From a virus (lineage: Duplodnaviria; Caudoviricetes), in IMG/VR virus record IMGVR_UViG_3300021446_000020, positions 1 to 24,355 of that record: 24,355 nucleotides of DNA. One strand, 5' to 3'. Made by a program: the position numbers and the translations under genes. Shown here piece after piece: positions 16,301-23,843 of this stretch. The notes below the pieces were generated by a model. It had not been told where the DNA came from. It did no database searches and saw nothing but the letters and a program-made list of their open reading frames with translations. How positions within the stretch are numbered: the stretch's first letter is position 1; each line of letters starts with the position of its first letter.

Positions 16301-17272
16301 TTACGTGCGGGTTTCAGTCCCCGACCACTTGTCGCCGTCGACGTGCGATTCGATACCGTCACGAATCAAGTCTTCAAGGTCGTCGCGGTGGTATTCCTTC
16401 AAAGCATTTAGTTCGATATTGACGTCTTCCCCGTCCGACGCAAGCCGCATAAAGCGGTCACGCAATTCCTTGTCCTTGTCTGTCGACGACGGCGTCGGGT
16501 TTTCGGGAAGGTCGTATTTCTTTACTTGGTCGATTGTAAGGGCAAGGCGTTCGAACTTTAGCGACCCGTCGACGTTTCCGAACGTCGCCGCGTTATCGTC
16601 ACGGGAACGGTCGCCGGCCCAAAACGGCCAAATGTCGAAGTAATTTTGGTCGGGTCCGTCGTCTTCGGGGCGGATCGGTAGCCCGTAATGCCGCATAGTG
16701 TTTTGAACGGCGACTGGGGCGTGTAGCCCCGACGGATTGAAGTCGCCGAAGTATAGAACCCGGACGTCGTCGCCGTCTTTTAGTCGGTCGACAAGCCGCG
16801 ACGACGCTTCGAAGACCTTACTATCCGACCAATCCCCCCGCGTCGCTTCAAGCCGACCGTTCCATTCGTCGCATATCGGCCGGAAGACAGACGCAAGCGA
16901 TTGTTTTTCTAACCACACTTCGACGTGCGCGTCTTGGTCGCCCCAAGGGTCTTCGAAGTAGTGGTCGGGCATTTCGGCAATACGGTCGGCGTATGACGAC
17001 GGGGGGTCGTCGCCCGATCGGGGCGTGTTAGCCGTCACCCGCGATTCGTCGACGATTAGCGACGGGTCGATATATCCCGCCCGACGACCCTTTTTGACGG
17101 CGCGTTTGACGTATCTGTATTCGAATTCGAAGCCGTATTCGGCAAGTTCGTCGGGGAACCCCCGCGCTTCAAGAGCATAATACACGTCGCGCACCGTCCG
17201 ACGTTCGTTCGTTAGTAGGTCTTGAATTCGGTTAAGATACGCCGTGTATTTGTCGCCGGGGTTCCAATCCAT
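16301..17272 (-). CDS. Topo VI-A/Spo11-like (5Y-CAP + TOPRIM) protein, Mini-A-like; the frame continues past the TAA to 16241
   Basis: TVRDVYY (catalytic Tyr motif), VEVWLEK, TRG, LYFGDFNPSG, ERLALT..Q...YDLP, ELNAL. Confidence 0.8.
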   Translation of the reverse strand: MDWNPGDKYTAYLNRIQDLLTNERRTVRDVYYALEARGFPDELAEYGFEFEYRYVKRAVKKGRRAGYIDPSLIVDESRVTANTPRSGDDPPSSYADRIAEMPDHYFEDPWGDQDAHVEVWLEKQSLASVFRPICDEWNGRLEATRGDWSDSKVFEASSRLVDRLKDGDDVRVLYFGDFNPSGLHAPVAVQNTMRHYGLPIRPEDDGPDQNYFDIWPFWAGDRSRDDNAATFGNVDGSLKFERLALTIDQVKKYDLPENPTPSSTDKDKELRDRFMRLASDGEDVNIELNALKEYHRDDLEDLIRDGIESHVDGDKWSGTETRT

Positions 17273-17294
17273 ACCGCCGTATCAACCCGCCCGT

Positions 17295-17318
17295 TACAAA
17301 AACGTGTCGGTGATACAC
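17295..17318 (-). promoter_or_regulatory. GTGT-N7-ACAC box plus TTTTTGTA promoter
   Basis: gtgtcggtgatacac at 17304-17318, 31 nt upstream of ATG 17272. Confidence 0.6.
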
Positions 17319-17321
17319 CGA

Positions 17322-18755
17322 TTAGGCTTTGTCGACGTGCGACGACGACCCCGACGATCCGTTCGACGATCGCCGGCTTTCGGTGTAAACGGCGTATCTT
17401 AGGGCGTCTAATGCGTGGTCGTCGACGTCCGATTTGTCGACGTCGTCTTGGGTGTACCCTAAGAATTCCATTACCGTGTTTTCGCACCGTTTGGCGACAA
17501 GCAATCCCGGCCGCCCTTCGTGGTCTTCCCGAAGCCGGTATCGAACTTCGGTGATTCCGGGGTCGACAGACTTGTCGGCCTTCCCCGCTTTCCACCCCGC
17601 ACGCCGCATTTTCTGAATGTCGCCCGGTTCGTGTTCGCTATGTATCCGACCGTTCGGCTTGCCCTTTAGCCAATACGTGTCGTGATTCGGGCCGCCGCAT
17701 ACGTCTTCGACGTGCGTTTCCGATCGGTAAAATTCGTCGACGACGATATATTGCCCATACGCCGTCTTCGCTATTTCAAGACACACCCGTTCGTGTTCCC
17801 AACCGGCGTCGTATCCGTACATCCGCCAATCAGTAAGTTCGACGTCGTCGATCGACACTTCGTGGGAATGCCGACGGAAGTTCGAATACACGCGCCCTTC
17901 GTCGGCTTCGAACGACCCGTGTAACGCTTGGCCTTCCCGACCGCTTCCGCCGTGAACCCGACGGATTCGCGCCCGATCGTCGTCGGTAAGGAACGGGTTG
18001 TTTGCCGTCGACGCCGTCACCAATTCCGTTCGGATACCCAAGGGCGCGTCGTCGTCGGCGGGGTCGACTTTCCGTTCAAGCAAGTCGTAAGCGTCGTTAA
18101 ACCCGTTCCCCGTCGTCGTGATTAGGATACACCGGGGACCGACGGGTTCATAGTCTAACCGTTCGCCGATCGTCTTTCGCACCGCGTTTAGTTCCTTGTA
18201 GTAAGCGCCTTCGTCTAACCACGCCCCCGAAAACTTCCCGCCGTCGTATCGGTTCGGCTTATCCGCCGACGCTAAGATTATGACGCTCCCGTTTACCAAG
18301 GTTAAGATACCGTCTTGCTTCGTCCAATTCCGCACGATCGGGCTATTTGTCGGGTCGCCGTCGCCCAAGAACGGGTCTAAGTTCGTCCCCGGTAGTTCTT
18401 CAAACAAGACGGGGTATGTCGTCTTCTTGGCTTCGGCGTATGTCTTCCCCATACAAAGCAAGCGGGCCGGCGCGAAGTCGGGGTTCAAGGCCGATTCGAT
18501 TATCGTCCGGGCACCCGTCACCGATTTGCCCGACCGATACCCCGCGACGAAGCCGATAAGGTCGTGATTGCCGGAATAGAAGGCTTGCCGGGCTTCCCTT
18601 TGGGGCCGCCAAAACGCCCAATCTATGTCGATCGACCCGTCGTCGTTCACGGTGACGCCGTCTTGCGTAAGGGCGTCGACGTCGACGTCGTCGGGGTCGA
18701 CGCCGTCGGGGAGCATAACGACCCGGCCGTCGTCGGTCGTGATAGAAGTCGACAT
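17322..18755 (-). CDS. terL: Terminase large subunit
   Basis: WRPQ, Walker A AGYRSGKS, Walker B AWLDEG, motif III ITTT, NPFL, nuclease motifs GYDAG and DDHALDALRY. Confidence 0.95.
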   Translation of the reverse strand: MSTSITTDDGRVVMLPDGVDPDDVDVDALTQDGVTVNDDGSIDIDWAFWRPQREARQAFYSGNHDLIGFVAGYRSGKSVTGARTIIESALNPDFAPARLLCMGKTYAEAKKTTYPVLFEELPGTNLDPFLGDGDPTNSPIVRNWTKQDGILTLVNGSVIILASADKPNRYDGGKFSGAWLDEGAYYKELNAVRKTIGERLDYEPVGPRCILITTTGNGFNDAYDLLERKVDPADDDAPLGIRTELVTASTANNPFLTDDDRARIRRVHGGSGREGQALHGSFEADEGRVYSNFRRHSHEVSIDDVELTDWRMYGYDAGWEHERVCLEIAKTAYGQYIVVDEFYRSETHVEDVCGGPNHDTYWLKGKPNGRIHSEHEPGDIQKMRRAGWKAGKADKSVDPGITEVRYRLREDHEGRPGLLVAKRCENTVMEFLGYTQDDVDKSDVDDHALDALRYAVYTESRRSSNGSSGSSSHVDKA

Positions 18756-18789
18756 TATTCAGTTACAGTATAATCGCGTTCTTTCAAGG

Positions 18790-19035
18790 TTAGGCGTTTC
18801 GGCGCGACCACGCCCGGCCGACGATCGCCCCGACGACGAAGCACGCGGTAGCGTAAGCGGCTTCATCGTGTGCGTGGGCGACGTGCCCGCCGTCGGCGTC
18901 GCCGCCAAGCACGGCCCGCACGAACGCCTTAGCGACGCCGCTATCGTCGCCGGCGGCCCCGAACGCGAACCCCGACCCAAATCCGACGACCGACGAATGC
19001 CATTCGGGGAGCGTCGGCGGGAACAATCCACCCAT
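18790..19035 (-). CDS. Small hydrophobic/membrane protein
   Basis: TAATG-coupled to the upstream gene; hydrophobic segments near both ends. Confidence 0.6.
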   Translation of the reverse strand: MGGLFPPTLPEWHSSVVGFGSGFAFGAAGDDSGVAKAFVRAVLGGDADGGHVAHAHDEAAYATACFVVGAIVGRAWSRRNA

Positions 19036-19409
19036 TACGCACCGCCTTCGCCGTCTTCGTCGTCGTCACCGTCGGGGTTCGGCAGTTCGTAATTGTCGGC
19101 GATACGTGCGACGACGCCGACGACGCCGGATATGAACCCCATACCGACAATATTAGCGACTTGTGCGAACGTCCAAAAGAAGAATAGGGCGACGAACCCG
19201 GCGACGGCGTATTCAAGCACCCACCCGATCGACACCGACGCGACGACGTCGACGTCGGGCGTGACGTATCCGAAATACACCGCCGCGACCAAGCCGCCGG
19301 CGACAGTAACGAAAAGCCCCGTTAGGTAAGCGTAACTGTATGTCTTCGACCCTTCGGGGTCGTCGACGCTTTCGACTTCGGCTTGAAGGTCCGGTTCGTC
19401 GGTCGACAT
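19035..19409 (-). CDS. Membrane protein with 2-3 TM segments
   Basis: Start re-called at ATG 19409 (MSTDEPD). YLTGLFVTVAGGLVAAVYFGY and YAVAGFVALFFFWTFA segments. Confidence 0.7.
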   Translation of the reverse strand: MSTDEPDLQAEVESVDDPEGSKTYSYAYLTGLFVTVAGGLVAAVYFGYVTPDVDVVASVSIGWVLEYAVAGFVALFFFWTFAQVANIVGMGFISGVVGVVARIADNYELPNPDGDDDEDGEGGA

Positions 19410-19450
19410 AGCCGAACGAACGAATCCGGTCGAAAAAAGCGTTCGCGGCG

Positions 19451-20002
19451 TTAGTCGTCGCGTTCCTTCGGGACGAAGCCGATATGCGATTCGCACTTGA
19501 AGCACCCGGCCACGGTGCCCCCCTTCTTCGCGGTCGTGAATACGTCGTCGTGGTCGTGGTTTTCGACCGCCGCTTGAAGCGCGTCGTCGTCTTCGAACCG
19601 ATCGACGTTCGGGTACGGTTCGCCGTCGTCGACCGCGACCGTTTCGCCCCGCCGGACGCCGTCACTATCGTCGCCGTCGTGCCGGTTGTGTGCCGCCGTG
19701 TCGTCGTCTTTGTCCGGGGCGGTGTCCGTGCCCGTGTCGACGTCGGCGTCGTTAGCGTCGGTGTCGTCGCCTTCTAACGCGGTCTTCTTTCGGTTACACG
19801 CACCGATTATTTCCTTCCGAACGTCGCGGGCTTCGTCGTCGGCTAATTCTATTTCCGCGTCGATATACGCTTGCGCCCGTTCGGGGTCGCGGATACCCCG
19901 GATTAGTGCGGCGATCGTTAGGTCGTTCTTCGTCGCAAGCATTTTCTTCGGGGTCGAATCGTAATCGCCGGTTTTCGACGCGGTTTGATATTCCGACGGC
20001 AC
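19451..20002 (-). CDS. Hypothetical protein with acidic linker and C-terminal CxxC
   Basis: 183-aa acidic ORF with CFKC. Confidence 0.7.
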   Translation of the reverse strand: MPSEYQTASKTGDYDSTPKKMLATKNDLTIAALIRGIRDPERAQAYIDAEIELADDEARDVRKEIIGACNRKKTALEGDDTDANDADVDTGTDTAPDKDDDTAAHNRHDGDDSDGVRRGETVAVDDGEPYPNVDRFEDDDALQAAVENHDHDDVFTTAKKGGTVAGCFKCESHIGFVPKERDD

Positions 20003-20004
20003 GG

Positions 20005-20208
20005 CTATCTATCCGTGACTTTCACGCGGTCGGGGGTGCCCGGAACGACATAGACGTCGCCCGCCCGTTTCATCCGTTCGAACACGTCGACACTTTCACT
20101 TTCGCTATGGGCGCTTGCGACGGTCGATAAGACGTCGTCGACGGGGGCACCGCTCCCGCCGTGGTCGCGGATCGCCGACTTAATCGACCGGCGAACGTCC
20201 CCCGTCAT
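20005..20208 (-). CDS. Small winged-helix-like protein
   Basis: GAPVDDVL...VDVFERMKRAGDVYVVP...RVK resembles a wHTH; ATGA-coupled. Confidence 0.55.
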   Translation of the reverse strand: MTGDVRRSIKSAIRDHGGSGAPVDDVLSTVASAHSESESVDVFERMKRAGDVYVVPGTPDRVKVTDR

Positions 20209-21017
20209 TCGTCGCCCCCCGTGCCGGCATATTCTTCAAGAAGCGCGTCGGCTACCTTTCGAGCATGGTCGGCGTCTTCGATCGGCCCGTGTTCGAACGC
20301 TTCCCCGTCGACTTCCGTGACGTTATACGACGGGGCGAAGTCGTCGCGGTCGGCGTCGGAACGTTCCCATAGCCGGTCGTGCGCCTTCGATGGGGCGGCG
20401 TCGGCCGGTGTGTCACCGTCGTCGAAGCGGCCGGGGGCGGCGGTGTAAACTACCGTCGCAAGGGAACGGGCTACCGGGCGGATTGACGAATCGGGGACCG
20501 AAGGATCGTTCGCCGCCTTCGTTAGCGTCGACGCGGCGTCGGCTTCAACCGTGTCGGCCCGAACGACACCGTCGGGAAGGTCGCGGTATGGGACGTCGAT
20601 CGGTTCGACCCGCGTTTCTATCGGGCGGATAGCGACGACTAAATGGCCGCCGGAACATTCGACGACGTCGGTGATTCGAACGTCGCCCCGGTCGACCAAC
20701 CGCCCCACGACGGTAGCGCCTAAGACCGGGTGCCCCCCACCTTCGTTTCGGACGTCGACGCGAACGTTATACCGGGGTTCGCCTTTGTGCTTGTTCCCCG
20801 GTGCGTGCGACCCCATTAGGTTGACCGAATGAATCCGGTCGTCGTCTTCGGCGGCGGCTTTGATAGCGGCGTGTAGGGCCGCGTTCGGCGCGTGGTCGTC
20901 GCGCACGGTCTTTCGAAAGCGATCGTCGACCGATACCGGGCGGAAAGTATCGCGGCCGTCGTCGGCCCGTTCGACGGCCGTGTCGACTATGTCGTCGACG
21001 GATTCGTCGCCCGTCAT
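20205..21017 (-). CDS. Hypothetical protein, 270 aa
   Basis: Start re-called at ATG 21017 (ATGA overlap). Confidence 0.7.
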   Translation of the reverse strand: MTGDESVDDIVDTAVERADDGRDTFRPVSVDDRFRKTVRDDHAPNAALHAAIKAAAEDDDRIHSVNLMGSHAPGNKHKGEPRYNVRVDVRNEGGGHPVLGATVVGRLVDRGDVRITDVVECSGGHLVVAIRPIETRVEPIDVPYRDLPDGVVRADTVEADAASTLTKAANDPSVPDSSIRPVARSLATVVYTAAPGRFDDGDTPADAAPSKAHDRLWERSDADRDDFAPSYNVTEVDGEAFEHGPIEDADHARKVADALLEEYAGTGGDE

Positions 21018-21400
21018 TCGCCGCCCCCTGTTGGTTCGACCGGATCGGCTTCGACCCATTCGACGACGGTTTGATTCGGGGCGTCGATACGAAGGGATTT
21101 GATTAGGGCGTCGTCGGGTATGTGGTCGATTGATTCGGTAATTCGGTCGGATAGGTCGGCGGCGACGTCTTGCGGGATAGGCCCGTCGTATTCGTGCGTG
21201 TCGGGGCGCGTTGAACGGTGCCGGTGTCGAAGGTTTGCGGCGGCGTCTTCGAATTCGTCGGCAAGGTCGGCGCTAATTCGGTCGACGACGTCGTCGGTCA
21301 CGTTGTCGGGGACGTTCACCGATAGCGTCGCGGCGGGTGACGGGTCACGGAAGGCGTCGACCGCCGCACGGATTCGGTCGGGTAGCGAATGGCTTCGCAT
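21014..21400 (-). CDS. Hypothetical protein, 128 aa
   Basis: Acidic ORF, coupled to the downstream gene. Confidence 0.7.
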   Translation of the reverse strand: MRSHSLPDRIRAAVDAFRDPSPAATLSVNVPDNVTDDVVDRISADLADEFEDAAANLRHRHRSTRPDTHEYDGPIPQDVAADLSDRITESIDHIPDDALIKSLRIDAPNQTVVEWVEADPVEPTGGGE

Positions 21401-21458
21401 AGCGTTCGCTAACTTGTCCGAAAGCCGGCAAGAAGGTGTCGGTGATACGTCGAACGGT

Positions 21459-21545
21459 TCAAACGGCGACGGCCGCGACCGCGAAGACCGCGACCCACGC
21501 GATTAGAAGCGACGCTTCGATAGCGGCGGCGGTATATCGGTTCAT
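21459..21545 (-). CDS. 28-aa single-TM microprotein
   Basis: Manual translation MNRYTAAAIEASLLIAWVAVFAVAAVAV*; starts 4 nt after the cassette C stop. Confidence 0.5.
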   Translation of the reverse strand: MNRYTAAAIEASLLIAWVAVFAVAAVAV

Positions 21546-21549
21546 TTGC

Positions 21550-21912
21550 TTAGTTGAAGATTTGTGCCGGGTTCACGGCCAAGACCCTATCGTCGTCACG
21601 GTTCGGAAGGTCGACGAACATAGGGGCGAACTTCTTCGCCGTTTCACGGGGACAGACGCCGACCGCTTTTTCTTCGAATAGCACGACGGGGGTGCCGTCG
21701 TCGGGGTCTTCCCAAAAGCCGACGTCGCCGTCGGTCTTGTAGCCTTCTAACGCTTTCACGTCAAGGTCGTGAAATTCGTTCGTGACGGCGACGGCGACGT
21801 AAACAGGAATGTCGGGGGCGGCTTCCCAAGCGGCGGCGATAGCGTGGGCGTCGAAGTCGACGTCGTCGGGGTCGATCCGTGCTTCGTCTTCGTCGGTAGT
21901 GGTTCGCACCAT
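21550..21912 (-). CDS. MVRTTT-cassette protein C, hypothetical 120 aa
   Basis: Acidic ORF starting inside repeat copy 3. Confidence 0.8.
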   Translation of the reverse strand: MVRTTTDEDEARIDPDDVDFDAHAIAAAWEAAPDIPVYVAVAVTNEFHDLDVKALEGYKTDGDVGFWEDPDDGTPVVLFEEKAVGVCPRETAKKFAPMFVDLPNRDDDRVLAVNPAQIFN

Positions 21913-21959
21913 ACCCTTACTTGTGGCTACCGTATTATAAATGTGTCGCTATTACACTA
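21893..21959 (-). repeat. Dispersed promoter/start-codon repeat, copy 3
   Basis: tcggtagtggttcgcaccatacccttacttgtggctaccgtattataaatgtgtcgctattacacta. Confidence 0.97.
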
Positions 21960-23021
21960 TTCCCACCCGACACCGCCGTCACAAAATTGGCATAATTCGG
22001 CTTGTCCTAAGTCGTGTTCGGCGACTAACGATCGAAGTTCTTCGCTTGCCATTTCCGCGTGCCCCCAATAATTGCGTTCGTCACGCTTCCCGACGGCGGC
22101 GGCTTCGGCGCGGGGTATGGCTTCAATTTCGGCGGCGACGTCGGGGAACATTTCGCGGGCGATTGATAGGCGCATAGGCTTCGGATTATAGTCGTCGCGG
22201 CGATCATCGACGACGGTCCATTCGTCCGGGTATCGACGTTCGAATTCCGTTAGCCGCCCACGGTAGATTTGAACGCGGGCTTCGACGGCAAGAAGATAGG
22301 TCGCGTGACAGTCGAATCCGTGTGCCCGAAGGTCGATTAGAAGTTCGTCACGGTGGGCAAATGCCCCACAATAGCAATCCCCCGACCGGTGTATCTTCGC
22401 CGCGATCGGGTTTCGGGGAAGGTCGTGATTATTCCGGTAATCAGTAACATCGTCGTCGCGCCAATCCCGTATCGGTTGAACCCATACCCACCGCCCGCCC
22501 TTACCTTCCGACCGATATTCGTCGGGCACGTTCTTCATACGCCGGTCGGATTCGTGCTTTCGAACGCCGGTGATAAATTCCGGCACGCCGCCGTATTCGC
22601 CCGCGATTGACGACAATTGACGTTCTTTCAGGTAGGCGTATGCGACTGTATGATAGCCCGAACCGGGGAATTGGAATTTCATAGCCAATTCGACAAGGGA
22701 AACGGGCGACGTTTCGATCCGAAGCGGCCAACCGAAGCGCCGGCATACGTCGATAACGTATTCTAAGTTTTCCGAAAGCCCGGTGTTCGTGTTTAGGTAC
22801 AAGACGGCGTCGGCGTCGCCGGCCGACATGACCTTGTGAACCATAGATAGCGAATCGTCGCCCCCGGAAAACATAGCGTACCGAAGGCGGTTTTCGTCCG
22901 ATTCGGGCGGGCGGTCGCCAACCCAAATCGTCTTATCGCCGGGCACGCCCGGCGGTGTCACAAGTCGGTCGGGGACGTCCGGGGTTAGCGGTATCCCGTC
23001 CGGCGTGGTCGCGGTCGACAT
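21957..23021 (-). CDS. PAPS-reductase-family (PP-loop) protein
   Basis: MFSGGDDS, NTG, LKE, ITGVRKHESDRR, PIRDW, RSGDCYCG. Start re-called at ATG 23021. Confidence 0.85.
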   Translation of the reverse strand: MSTATTPDGIPLTPDVPDRLVTPPGVPGDKTIWVGDRPPESDENRLRYAMFSGGDDSLSMVHKVMSAGDADAVLYLNTNTGLSENLEYVIDVCRRFGWPLRIETSPVSLVELAMKFQFPGSGYHTVAYAYLKERQLSSIAGEYGGVPEFITGVRKHESDRRMKNVPDEYRSEGKGGRWVWVQPIRDWRDDDVTDYRNNHDLPRNPIAAKIHRSGDCYCGAFAHRDELLIDLRAHGFDCHATYLLAVEARVQIYRGRLTEFERRYPDEWTVVDDRRDDYNPKPMRLSIAREMFPDVAAEIEAIPRAEAAAVGKRDERNYWGHAEMASEELRSLVAEHDLGQAELCQFCDGGVGWE

Positions 23022-23043
23022 ACCCGGATGTGCCGGTTCCGTC

Positions 23044-23066
23044 AAAAGAGTGTGTCGGTGATGAAC
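23044..23066 (-). promoter_or_regulatory. CGACAC-box promoter variant
   Basis: gtgtcggtgatgaac at 23052-23066, 30 nt upstream of ATG 23021, followed by CTTTT. Confidence 0.5.
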
Positions 23067-23083
23067 CGAACGATCGCCGGTCG

Positions 23084-23524
23084 TTAGTTTGCGTCGGCGT
23101 CGGCCGTGCCGGGGACCGACGGCGGTATCTTCGCGTCGACGAACCACGCACGGGGTCGAAGGCCGACCCGGTCGAACACGACGACGGTAGGGTCGACGTG
23201 CGGCCCGTATCGGTCGTCGATCGAATCACGAAGGAATTCAAGCACGTCGCCGGTCGCTTGGCTATCCGCGTCGATCGTGACGTCGAAGCCGACGTCGTGC
23301 CCGCCGTTCAAGGTGCCTTCGACGGCCCATTCCGCCGGGTCTATATCGACGACGTCGACCCGGACGTGTTCGCGCACTTCCGCCCCGACTAAGTGGGTGT
23401 ATTCAGCTTCTAATTCGTCGACGATCGCACGCCGAACCGTATCGAAGACACGCGGTTCCGGCGATACTTCGAAGATAAAGTCGGCGTTCCCTGTCGTCGA
23501 CAAGTGGTCATCATTAGAACCCAT
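23084..23524 (-). CDS. Hypothetical protein, 146 aa
   Basis: Start re-called at ATG 23524 (MGSNDDH), where acidic composition begins. Confidence 0.65.
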   Translation of the reverse strand: MGSNDDHLSTTGNADFIFEVSPEPRVFDTVRRAIVDELEAEYTHLVGAEVREHVRVDVVDIDPAEWAVEGTLNGGHDVGFDVTIDADSQATGDVLEFLRDSIDDRYGPHVDPTVVVFDRVGLRPRAWFVDAKIPPSVPGTADADAN

Positions 23525-23604
23525 TTGCTTACCGTTATTGCCGGCGATACTTAGTCGTCGCCGGCGGCTTCCGACCCGTCGTTCGATCCGTCGGTGTCGC
23601 TTGA

Positions 23605-23754
23605 TTAGAACCGTCGACGCCGTCGGCGGGGGCGTCGTTCGAATGCCCGAAGCCCGACGATTAACAGCAAAACACCGAACGTATAAACGCCGAAGATAGC
23701 GATACACGCGGCGGCCAAGAAAACGGCTTCTTCCGCAAGGGCTTCGTACACCAT
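23605..23754 (-). CDS. 49-aa single-TM protein with Arg-rich tail
   Basis: Manual translation MVYEALAEEAVFLAAACIAIFGVYTFGVLLLIVGLRAFERRPRRRRRRF*. Confidence 0.5.
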   Translation of the reverse strand: MVYEALAEEAVFLAAACIAIFGVYTFGVLLLIVGLRAFERRPRRRRRRF

Positions 23755-23843
23755 TATGTCAATACACCCGATAGGTTAGAAGCCCCGGCGTTTGTTTCCC
23801 GAATCGACAGAATGCGCGTTTGGGTGATTGACTTATATGTCAT
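23754..23843 (-). CDS. Possible 29-aa micro-ORF
   Basis: MTYKSITQTRILSIRETNAGASNLSGVLT*; ATGA overlap at the start and TAATG overlap at the end, but composition is not halophilic. Confidence 0.25.
   Translation of the reverse strand: MTYKSITQTRILSIRETNAGASNLSGVLT

Noticed and set aside
17322-18755. Intein or intron in terL or portal
   Set aside because: TerL has normal length; no C/S...HN-C/S/T splice motifs or LAGLIDADG blocks were seen in either gene.
19451-20002. Candidate terminase small subunit
   Set aside because: Position is plausible, but no HTH or TerS-like motif is recognisable.
20205-21030. Several genes end in GG(D/G)E followed by ATGA
   Set aside because: Ordinary SD-like translational coupling common in haloarchaea.
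943-21959. The 65-bp repeat as a CRISPR repeat, IS end or attL/attR
   Set aside because: Copies are kilobases apart, co-oriented and include a start codon; no spacers, transposase, integrase or target duplications are visible.
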